Source of the DNA: Octopus bimaculoides
Lineage: Eukaryota
Length of the DNA stretch: 63,672 bases
Direction of reading: 5' to 3'
NCBI RefSeq assembly: GCF_001194135.2
Contig: NC_069009.1
Span: 10,881,412-10,945,083, forward strand
Positions within the stretch are counted from its first letter, which is position 1; each line of letters begins with the position of its first letter. The position numbers and the translations under genes were made by a program. Of this stretch, positions 43,294 through 55,000 are shown piece by piece. Below the pieces are notes generated by a model that saw nothing but the letters and a program-made list of their open reading frames with translations, was not told where the DNA came from and searched no databases.

Positions 43294-46204
43294 ATGTATG
43301 TATGTATGTATACATGTATGTATGTATGAACGTGTGTATGTATATTTGTATGTATGTATGGATAGTCTTAAAGCCAGGAACTTTTCAGTAACCCCTCGTA
43401 ATACATTCATCCATGCATCACAAGGCAGACAAGATTTATTACAAAAGTGTCGATTCATGCGATTAAAAATTCTTGAAGGCGGTGCCCCAGCATTGCCGTA
43501 GTCTAATGATTGAAACAAGTCAAAGATAAAAGATAAATTATTGTTTGATGTGTCGGGTTAGTTTTCGTTACAAACATCAAATTATCTGAAGTTCATTACT
43601 ACATTTGAGTTTGAGTGTATATAGTATTTTCGTATGTAGAATGTGTGTAATAATAATATTCTACTAGCGGGACCCGTGAAAAATTCACAGAAAACAATAA
43701 TGTAAGCATCTGTAAATTCTGTGCTGGTGCCATTAGAAATGTTTCCATATGGTGTCTCTTACAGAATATAGAAAGAAGTGCAAAACCGATAACTATGTGT
43801 TAGAACCAAAATATCTCAGTAACGTAAATGTAAACAGAATTACTATTTAGCCTTAAAATAAACCGTACATATTCAAAGAACCTTCCTAATTTAGTGGTAC
43901 ATAACGTCCTTCTGCTATTCTTTTACTTACCACAGTCATTTGACGGTGGCCATGCTGTAGCACCGCTCCTTAGACGAAGAAATTGACACCTGGACTTATT
44001 CTCCGTAAACCTTGTGGTTATTGTTTCACTCCCTTAGGCCGAACAGCTAAGTTACGGGGACGCAAACACACCAGCGTCAGTTGTCAAGTAATGTTGGTGG
44101 GGAGACAAACACAGACACAGACACACACACGTATATATATATATATATATATATATATNNNNNNNNNNNNNNNNNNNNNNNNNNNNNNNNNNNNNNNNNN
44201 NNNNNNNNNNNNNNNNNNNNNNNNNNNNNNNNNNNNNNNNNNNNNNNNNNNNNNNNNNNNNNNNNNNNNNNNNNCTCTTCTTTAAAGTATAGAGTTCAAT
44301 TACGTGTAGCCACTTCTTGACAACTTTTCTCCCGCACCCGTTTCATAGGGGCTCTTACCCATTTTCTGGGCTCTTTTCACAGCTATACTCCTTTCGAAAT
44401 TTACATTAATTATTGTACGAAAAAGAAAAAAGAAAGGCATTCCTCAATAGCCTGAATCGTTGCTATTTCAATCTTCCTACTTGACCCCTTCAGTGTTTTA
44501 AAGATCACTGTCCTTTTGGTTACATTGCTTGTGAGTACCTCAGGCGGCGTCAATTTTAACGTGTTTCACTCCTTTTTCAATAGTTCCTCACATTCTTTCG
44601 TCTTCCTTGTCTCAGCCTTTACTTCACGAACCTCCAAAGCTTCAACCTCTATTCCTCTACCAGTTGCTGCCGCATAACTGTGGCCTCCTGATGGCACTTT
44701 CTCCATCTTTCCCACGAAAAGAAACAATTCAACAATAACATAACAGCAATTTCAACACTAACAGCACCGGGGAGACCTTCAACAAACATTTAAAAAGGTG
44801 ATTTACATCTAACAGAAATCAAATAACTCTACAAAGTTGACACCCACTCTCTAGAAATGCATATGAGGCCTTTCTCTATCTGCAACATCCATGCGTATTT
44901 ATACATTTCAGAACCGTTCATTTATCTATTTACGGGTGTGTTCGGATTCCACCACAGGACCATCAAACGAGTTAGATTCCCATGTAATTAAAAGATCTGG
45001 GGAGTGTTGTTGAAACCTATTTCATTTAAAATTTCTTTTTAAAATCCTATTTCAGCTTCGAGAAGAATAGTGAAGTATTTACTATTACTTGCACAGTACC
45101 ACGTACAATTACTAAAGACCAAATTTTTAAACAAGTTTTCGAAACTTTTAAAACATCACAGACTTTGCGTGATTTGGGATTTCAAGAACGGAAAATGGAT
45201 TTAATTGATGAAAGTAAGTAGTGTGTTTCGTGTCATTTCTATCTTCATAACAATCATCAGTGATGTTATCACCACTATCACCATCATAAAAATCATCAGT
45301 GATATTATCACCACCATCATCATCTTCGTTGTTGTCGTCGTCATCCTCAACATCATCGTAAAAAGGTGATGCTATTACACACACAAACACTAACTCGCAC
45401 ACATCTATTTTTGCACCGTTTTTGAAGTCGAAATAACTTTCGATAAATCAACAATTTATTTTGCAGTTTTCTTCGTTGGAATTTCTACCACTCGACACTC
45501 TCAGCCGTTTCTTTTCCTCATTTTACTTTTGATTACACAAATTAATTCAGGCCATAACCGTTTTCTAGTTATTCTGTTTACGTCTAAGTCTTATGGACTT
45601 ACAAAATCAACGTAATATAACACTGTGCTGATGACACCTATAAAGGCAGAAGCTCGTTCCAAAATTATTTTTGTTAAAGAAAATTAATTCAAGAATTCTA
45701 GATTTTCTTGGGAGAGAAGTATCCATCATTCTTTTACAAGACTTCCAAGAGTGGTGGACAGGACGGAGAGAGATATCAAACTGAAGATGCATTCTAAATA
45801 ATTACAAGAGATATTTCTGCTCCATTAATGGCATCCAGACTGTCAAGTAGAGGCATTTACTGGCTGATGTTTTGTTTCTATTAACCAAAGAGGTCATTCT
45901 GGAATTTGAACTCAGAGAGTATAGTGCGGGAAGAAGTAGCACAAAGTATTCTCTCCCATCAATCCAATGCCCTAAAGTGGTACATTTTTATAACCTTGGA
46001 AAGAATGAAGATCAAATGAACCTCAGCCGTGTTTGAACTCGGAGTTCAGAGAGTAGGGACAGATACCACGAGGCTAACAAGTCTGCCAATCACTGCCTTC
46101 GGACTGCTTGAGTTATGAGATATCTCCCATTTTTATTTGGAGTCAAAATCGCTGCTAGGTATTTATTTAGCTCAGTTTAAATCGACGTTTAATTCAATAA
46201 ATCA

Positions 46205-46241
<37 letters not shown>

Positions 46242-48992
46242 NNNNNNNNNNNNNNNNNNNNNNNNNNNNNNNNNNNNNNNNNNNNNNNNNNNNNNNNNNN
46301 NNNNNNNNNNNNNNNNNNNNNNNNNNNNNNNNNNNNNNNNNNNNNNNNNNNNNNNNNNNNNNNNNNNNNNNNNNNNNNNNNNNNNNNNNNNNNNNNNNNN
46401 NNNNNNNNNNNNNNNNNNNNNNNNNNNNNNNNNNNNNNNNNNNNNNNNNNNNNNNNNNNNNNNNNNNNNNNNNNNNNNNNNNNNNNNNNNNNNNNNNNNN
46501 NNNNNNNNNNNNNNNNNNNNNNNNNNNNNNNNNNNNNNNNNNNNNNNNNNATATATACGTAGAGGTATGTGCATACCGACATCCACCTGTATGTATAGGT
46601 GCATATCTGAGTACAGGACATTGCAAACAAACGTAGACGAGAACACACGAGCCACATAGAGAACATTCTCCTTCATCAGCCACCCACGTTTTAACACCGG
46701 CGTTTCGACGAGCTTGGGCGAGACGCATCGCTAAAACGGCTCATCCCATGGACCGCAGATTAAATTTGTATAAGCAAATTAAATCTAGCCATGGAGGAAT
46801 GTAGTGGCGGACAAAAAAACAAGACAGGAAGAGAGGTAATGGTGTCAATAAATCTCAAAAGTGTCAGGTAATGCTAAGTAAGTGTTATGGACAGACTATA
46901 GTTAAACTCCAGGTTCGGTGATTATTCGAATGAGGCGTCCAACGTAGGTCATATATCAACATGCGTATATATAAAACAATGAACAGAATGAGATAAAAAT
47001 ACAAATTAACAGGGTGAGATAAAATCCCAAATTCTTCACTCCACCATTTTACTACCCTACCCACCTCTCTCTGCCATTAACTAAATCTCTATCACTACAT
47101 GCCTCACACTCCTTTACACTTTACTCTCTCATCTCTTTACACCACTATATCTTTCTATCTCACTCGCACTCACCTTCCCATTCCTTCTATCAATTTATCC
47201 TGACTGACCGCTATCCAGTACACTTTCCCTCCCTCTCTTCATTTCTTTATTATCTCTCTCCCAGCTTTCCTTTTCTTCTTTCTTCTTGTTTTTGATTTAA
47301 CCTTACAGACAACATTCTCAACTTTTAAGTCACTTCAAAGAAACCCTCGAATCAATAAGACGGTTTACAAACCCTATGCCTGGAATAACCAATTTTAAAT
47401 ACTATTGGAACTTACACACAAGGTACAGGAAACGTATATGTATACAATTCTGCTTAAATAATGGAACTGCAGATACAATATCCCTGTATGCCTCATGTCT
47501 GTTTTCATTCCTCTACTTCACTCTCTATTTCATATCTTCTCTAGAATAACTATTGCCTAACCATTTTCTACCACCTTTTCCAATAAAGGGATATATAAAA
47601 CATCCCGGAAACAGCTGTAAGACTTTCTTGAATCCTATTGGTGAAGAGGTTTTCATCTTGTTGGTGAAAAAATTCTACAGTAGACCTGATATCGTCATCA
47701 CAGAGCTTCTGTTTCCCAGTTAGGTAGTTTTCCTGTTGGGGAAGCAGATGACAGTTAAAAGGGGCCAAATCAGGAGAATAGGAAGGCTGATCAACAAGTT
47801 CAAAGTCATAGTTAAGAAATTGTAAGAATGGAGGAGGTGTTAGAATCAGAGTAGAGGTGAAAAAGATAGATTAAGAGTAGAGGGAGTTAAAAGTCACTCA
47901 ATAAATATTCAAGGAATATGTTTTACCATAAAGTAAATAAACAGGGTGTGCGTTGCGCTACATGGATGTATCAAGGCTTGAACAGAAAGAACACAGCAAG
48001 GAGAAAACCCTGAGACGAAAGCAGAGAAAACGGGAAACTAGACAAAATCATATATATATATATATATATGTGTAAATATATAAAAATAAAAAGATAAAGA
48101 GAGCAAAGGTAAGGTTGAAGAATTTTATTGATAGATTCTTACAGCTGTTTCTGGGAAGATCCAGTACTTCCCTTCATCGGAGACAGAAAAAAATAAAGTA
48201 ATCTATTATTATATCCATAGGCGGATATTTTTAGTATGAAGTGGTAAATAGTGTGATGTGNNNNNNNNNNNNNNNNNNNNNNNNNNNNNNNNNNNNNNNN
48301 NNNNNNNNNNNNNNNNNCAGTGGTAAATATCCGTGTAGAAATTCGTGCAAATTAATCCTTGTGTGAATAATCCGGAAATTTATGTTGGAACGAGAGTTGA
48401 TATAGCATAGATAGCAGAGGTATATATATTCTATATTGCAATAGATTTTTGCTTGTTTACTTGAAGAATGTCCAAGTCAAGTGAAAAGTTAGCGGTAATT
48501 AGGTCAAGTCAAGAAGATAGAATGTGGAAGGTGATAGAGGAGATATAGAGGCGGAGGAAGTTAGCGATATATTTATGGTCAGTTGGTCTTAACAGGGTAG
48601 AGGGGAAGAGCATATAGAGTGAAGGAGGAATAGGGGGATGAGGTTAAAAGGTCTAGTGAGTAGGAAGGAATGCGTCTGTGTAGTATATAGGTGGTGGGGG
48701 TATGAGTGATAAACCAAGGACAGAAAAAGCTGTAAGACTCTATCCATAACATTCTTCAACCTTGCCTTTGCTCTCTTTATCCTTTTGTTTTTATATATTT
48801 ACATATACACACGCTAATACACGACTTATAATACCCAATCCTGTTCGTACAACGACTGGGGCAAACTAATCGGTATACAGCACTTACTCGGTATTACCTG
48901 TATCCTCCGGGGTTTGGTTAAATCCAATACCCTCCTCAACCTTATATATTTATATATATATTGACGATATTTTCTGCCCTTTTCAGGTATAG

Positions 48993-49027
<35 letters not shown>

Positions 49028-52000
49028 TGAACAGTGAAAGATGTTAGAGAGCTTACTGGTTAAAATCTTAGTGTAGAAAAGTTAGCTGACACTGTGGACA
49101 ACGCCATCAGACTATTGGAAAAGGTTTACATATATCACGTTGATATCCTCCCGGTATGAAAATACCAGTATCATAACTGCTGCTCTATGCTCTGTATACA
49201 CTGTAAAGATTGTAAGATCTGACATGGACTTCATGAAAACAAAGTTTCCCAAACTGTGATGGTCTTTGGGTGTGTCTCCAGTGTGAATAACATCATGCCG
49301 CCCCAAAATCTTTGAATAGAGCCATAGGCACAATAATTCGGATGACTATGCGAAGCTGCTGGAACTATGGTCAAAGCCTGCCTGGAGGAGTTGCTGGTAG
49401 AAAGCCATATGTGTGATTGCAGATTTCGTCTCCTTGCCATATCGGAAGAAACAGACATGGTTGTTAATGAATATCTGCGACTCCACGAGCCCAAATTTCT
49501 GGCATTCTAATTCTCCTGATTGTAATCCCATGATTTATTATGTTCGGGACGCGGTTGAGAAGGAACAAATTCCTCTGCTTGCTACACCAAGGCCGAGTTG
49601 GCGGCCATAGTGAAAAACACAAACGCCTGTTTCACTCTTGAAGCAGTGCTGGAAGCTGAGGGCAGCTACTTTCTCTAAACTGTTAAATCTTAATTATAGA
49701 CTTGTTGATCTTTCAGTTTTTAGAATACGTTTATATGGATAGGGTATTGTACTTTGCTTTTATGCAAACTGTCAAATGTATCCACAACACCCTGTTCCAC
49801 TAGCCACCATATATTCTCTATATTCTGTCCTTGTTTCTTTCTGTTTCTTTCTGTGGAAGAGCGTAGGCTCGAAACGTTAAAGAGTTGTTCACTTCCAGAG
49901 CGTTAAACTAATACATCTGTTTATTGTCTACACCACCTGTCTTCGTCCTTTGTTTTTTTTTTGTGTGAACTGTCCCTACGTGCATACATACATACATACA
50001 TACATGCATACATACGCACGTGCGTACGTACGTATATACATGCATACAGACATACATACATACATACATACATACATGTACACATACAGATACACACAAA
50101 CACAAAGTAGGGTTAAAATCCAAGCTGCGTCCTCTAAGAACATCTGCTTATTCCAGTATTGAAATCCAGTTTGTTCTTATTTTTACGTGAGATACATATT
50201 AGAGTAGAAAATGCTGGAAATGTTTTCAGAGTTATTTAATAACAGGGAAGCTTGAAAAATTTATTCACCATTATGCATATTCTATCTATTCAGCATTACA
50301 CGTTTTGTTTGTATGTCTGAAGAGTTCCTGATAGGAAATGTTATGTGTTTATCCAATATATGAAGGTATTTTCCAGTATATAAAACACAGCTTTGAATAC
50401 CGTAATATATATTTCATATGCATATGTTTTATTTGTTTTACAGTGGTTTGCAATGAAATCACTACAGCAACTAGCAATGGCACTTTCCATTGGCCAATGA
50501 CAAAAATCGGAAATAATGTGACGATCCCATGTCATGCAGACGTAGCGACAAGATACTGGTTCGTTTCTATTGTTTTATTTCACCTCACATTTTTGAAGTT
50601 TTCAGTGACATTCTATTGTGAGAGAATGTTTCATGGCATAATAAATAAAACACCCAGAGAGATTAAGATGATAAAATTAACGTGCGTCTGTTGAAATCAT
50701 TCAATTCAGCTATTTTACATTTTGTATCGGATACCATATATTTTTATCTTAGCCTCACCACTGAGATTTCCTTTTTTGGTGACGTTAGATGAAGGTTTAA
50801 AACATTTGTTGTTACGATTCCTGTAAGTGCCAGCATGTTACAAAATATATTCAGGGAAGAAAACACATATCTAAACTCAGCCAACATTCTTCATCAGCAA
50901 TTCTACTGATTTCGGGGTAATATTATTTTATACGATTTTTTTATTTACTGTAGAGCGTAAGTTTTGTTACTGTATAATTGGTAAGCGGAGAANNNNNNNN
51001 NNNNNNNNNNNNNNNNNNNNNNNNNNNNNNNNNNNNNNNNNNNNNNNNNNNNNNNNNNNNNNNNNNNNNNNNNNNNNNNNNNNNNNNNNNNNATGGAAAG
51101 TGCCATTGCTAGTTGCTGTAGTGATTTCATTGCAAACCACTGAAAAACAAATAAAACATGTGCATATGAAATATATATTACGGTATTCGTAGCTGTATTT
51201 TATGTACTGGAAAACACAGTCATATATTGGATAGACATGTATAAAATTTCCTATTGAAAATACTTCTGACAGAGAATCAAATAAAACAAGATGAATGAAT
51301 GATTCAAACTTCTTGTTTTGATGTATAAAATGACTCTGCACACAGCACTCCCAGTATCTTTTAGTCTAATATATATCTCACATAAAAATAACNNNNNNNN
51401 NNNNNNNNNNNNNNNNNNNNNNNNNNNNNNNNNNNNNNNNNNNNNNNNNNNNNNNNNNNNNNNNNNNNNNNNNNNNNNNNNNNNNNNNNNNNNNNNNNNN
51501 NNNNNNNNNNNNNNNNNNNNNNNNNNNNNNNNNNNTATATATATATATACATACACATATTTGAGCACGTTTGTGTGTGCGTGTCCGTGTCTGAGATGTG
51601 TATGCATGTATGTATGATTGTATGTATGAATGTATGTATGTGTGTGTACAAGGTATTTTAGATAAATANNNNNNNNNNGTATGTATGAATGTATGTATGT
51701 GTGTGTACAAGGTATTTTAGATAAATATGACAGTTTGCATAAAATGAAAGTACGATATCCCATCTAAATACAAAACTATTTTTAAAAATGCAAGAATATC
51801 AACTTGATTATAACTAGAAGTTAACAGATTAATCAAAGTATCCACCCTTAGATTCTACAATTGCCTCAGAACGGAAGCTGGCGTATGTGTTCTTCACTAT
51901 GTCCGTGAGAATATCTTCAAACATCTTGATCTTGCCGACCAATTCGGCCTTGGTGTCGCAAGCTGAGCTATTGATGACGTTCTCAACTGTGTCCTGCACA

Positions 52001-55000
52001 TAGAAAGTTCTTGGATTACAAGTGGATAATTAGAAGGCCAGGAATTTTGGGCCGGCGAAGTCGTATACATTCTCTGACTACCACTTCTTTCCGGTCAAGG
52101 AGCCTAATCATAAAGTAATGGTGACAGTTATGTTTTACAATTTACATCTGTAGTGCGGTGGCTAAAATGTGTGTCTTAAATACATTTGTACAGCCCCCAG
52201 AATGTTAAGTTTTTCAAACTTAATTCTGACCAATCAGTTTGTGACTTCACTAAATTACTTAAGACGATTGGTGTTCGGTTTAGGCGTCAGCGTTTGTTGA
52301 GCATGTCAAGAGACCTATATTTTGACTCTGCCCAAAGCAGTAATTGCTTGACTATTTTTAGAAATGTTGTAAATAACATTTCCCAGGGAGTTTTACATTT
52401 CAAATATCATCATCGGCATTATCACCACCTTTGTTAATGTTATCGTTGTTGTTGTTATTCGTGGTGGTGGTTGTGGTTGTAGGATGGGCAGCGGTAATAG
52501 ATCTTTAAACACTAAATAAGATTATATTTGCTGANNNNNNNNNNNNNNNNNNNNNNNNNNNNNNNNNNNNNNNNNNNTTTAATAGTGTTGTTGTTGTTAG
52601 TGGTAGTGGTTGCAGCAGTAAAAATAATACCTCTAAGTGTTATTATTATTATTGTTTATTTAGCTTGGGTTGGAATTTATCAATACAGTTCTTTTCTCTG
52701 ATCTTTCATATGATATGAATTTGAGTGTTTGCATAGAAAAGAAAGAGTTCTTAACGTAGTTCATCTTCAATTTATGGTGAAACGAGTGTTCATGATGCCA
52801 CTTGTTCCGGTGTATATTACGTTGTTGAGATTGTCCCCTTTTAATGTTCTTTCTCAGAGCTCTACATTCTTTACTGTAATTTCTAGCATATTTCTCGAGA
52901 AATAATTGTTTCTGTTGCCATAACTTTCTTGATCTGCTTTCCTCGTATGAGATATATGCGGTCCATAGTTTTCGCATTTTTCTACTATATTTCTCATCTT
53001 TAGTGTTGATATTTCGTCTCCCATTTCACCGTGTATAGCTTCGTATTTGGCTTTTTACTGGGATTGTTTCCACACGGTAATAGAGATTTCGGTCCTAAAT
53101 TTTTCTTAAAGTAAGCTCCCATCGAAGTTTCGTTTCCTCTTCTGCTTCTCCTACAATTTCTTTAATTAGGTACTTCCGGGAAAGTATGGGTTCCGCTAAT
53201 GAAATCTGTTTCGAATGTATTTCGTTTCGTTTTTTCGTTTTTATATGCTTCCAGTAGTTTTGTTTTATTATGTTAAGAATTTTTTCCCATGTCTGACACA
53301 TCTCTTTTATTTTTCGATGTCCTTATTTTTCCACATTTCGTTCGTTTATTTCTGACATCCAAGAGAGTTGTGGTAGGGTTAAGGTTAGGGTTAGGGTATA
53401 ATTTCAGCTAAAGTTTTAATTTCAGAAATTATATGTTCATTAACAAGTTTTCCGTCTGTAGACTGTTTTTCTATTTGTGACATAACCACACACCCAAATT
53501 GTGTAAATGTCTCAGCTAAGCCTGTTTGTACTTCTAATTGATACAGGGGCCCACAATGTATGGCATTGTTTTCCCTTTTAATTGTCGCTATATATAACTC
53601 GCTAAAGATGCAGCATTACCGGCGATTCTGGTGGAATATATTAAGAATGAACAGATATGTTATTGCTTGGATTCTCATTGATGTCTGTTTGACCGCCATC
53701 AACAGGGATCAGTGTAATTTGCTTTCTGCTTTTTATAAACAAGAACTCATCATACNNNNNNNNNNNNNNNNNNNNNNNNNNNNNNNNNNNNNNNNNNNNN
53801 NNNNNNNNNNNNNNNNNNNNNNNNNNNNNNNNNNNAAAATCACTTTCCGAAGACGAATATCAACAGTTATTAGACATTCAAGGTTGATTTTGTCAGAACA
53901 TATTAAGAATGAATACGTCATCCTTGGAAATTGTTTTAAGAGAAATCTGACAATGCCAACAACCAATAATTCAGACAGCAAAACATGAAATTTTACTGAA
54001 TACATTCTAAATATTACATATCAATTTAAAATTAGCTAAATAGACATCTAGCAGCGAGTTTGACTCCAATTAAAAATGGGAGATAACTCAAGTAACCTGA
54101 AGGCAGTGATTGGCAGAATTGTTAGCACGTGCAGCAAAATGCTTCATGGTATTTGTTACAACCGAGTGAATTTTGAGTTCAAACACGGCTGATGTCCATT
54201 TGTTCTTCATCCTTTCCAGGGTCATAAAAAAATGTACCAGTTGAGGGTAGTGGATAGGTGGGAGAGGATACTTTGCATTACGTCTTTCGGCACTATACTT
54301 TGTGAGTTCAAATACCAGCATGAGCTCCTTGGCTGGTAGAAACAAAGCATCAGCCAGTTTAATGACACCACGTGGTAGGTTGGATGCCATTAGTGGAGGA
54401 GGAAATGTTTGTTGTAAGTATTTAAAAGGCATCTTGAATTTGATGTTATCTACTTCTCTCCTGCCCACCACTCTTGAAGGCCTTGTAAAAGAATCATGGA
54501 CACTGGTCTCCCAAGAAAATCTCGAATTCTCAGAAATCAATATGTCTTTAACAAAAACAGTTATGAAACGAGCTTCTGCCTACACAGGCGTCATCAGCAC
54601 AGTGCTATATTACGTTGATACCATCAAACTTAGACGTATACAGAATAAATAGAAAACGGTTATGGCCTGAACTAATTTGTGTAGTCGAAAGTAAAGTGAG
54701 GAAAACAAACAAATCAGAGTGGCGAGTGGTAAAGATTCCAACGAAGAAAATTGCAAAATAAATTGCAGATTTAGCGAAAGTTATTTCGATTTGAAAAAAG
54801 GTACACAATTAGATGTATGCGAGTTAGTGTTTTTGCCTGTGTGCTTGGGTGTGTGTGGAATAGCATCACCTATTTATGATGATGCTGAGGATGACGACGA
54901 TGACGACAACGAAGATGATGATGAATGTCGTGCTGATAATAATGACACGAAACACACAACTTACNNNNNNNNNNNNNNNNNNNNNNNNNNNNNNNNNNNN

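Larger units (their letters stand above)
47942..49794 (+). mobile_element. Tc1/mariner-superfamily element with a nested foldback
   Basis: Termini CAGGGTGTG / CAACACCCTG; MKTKFPQTVMVFG and [19 protein letters not shown] motifs at about 49230-49560. Confidence 0.6.

Noticed and set aside
46680-46750. Possible further hammerheads here (GAAACGCCGGTGT, minus), at about 16110-16150 and at about 56227 (CTGATGA)
   Set aside because: The core or stems are too degenerate or incomplete to distinguish from chance.
50753-50821. Candidate exon after HormR (C supplies the expected Cys; good gtaagt donor)
   Set aside because: In-frame TGA after [12 protein letters not shown] and no W..P..S.C HormR ending.
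51610-51727. About 49-bp direct repeat across a 10-N gap
   Set aside because: Typical contig-end overlap artefact.
53374-53397. TTAGGG-like repeats (possible interstitial telomere)
   Set aside because: Only 2-3 imperfect units next to repeat debris.
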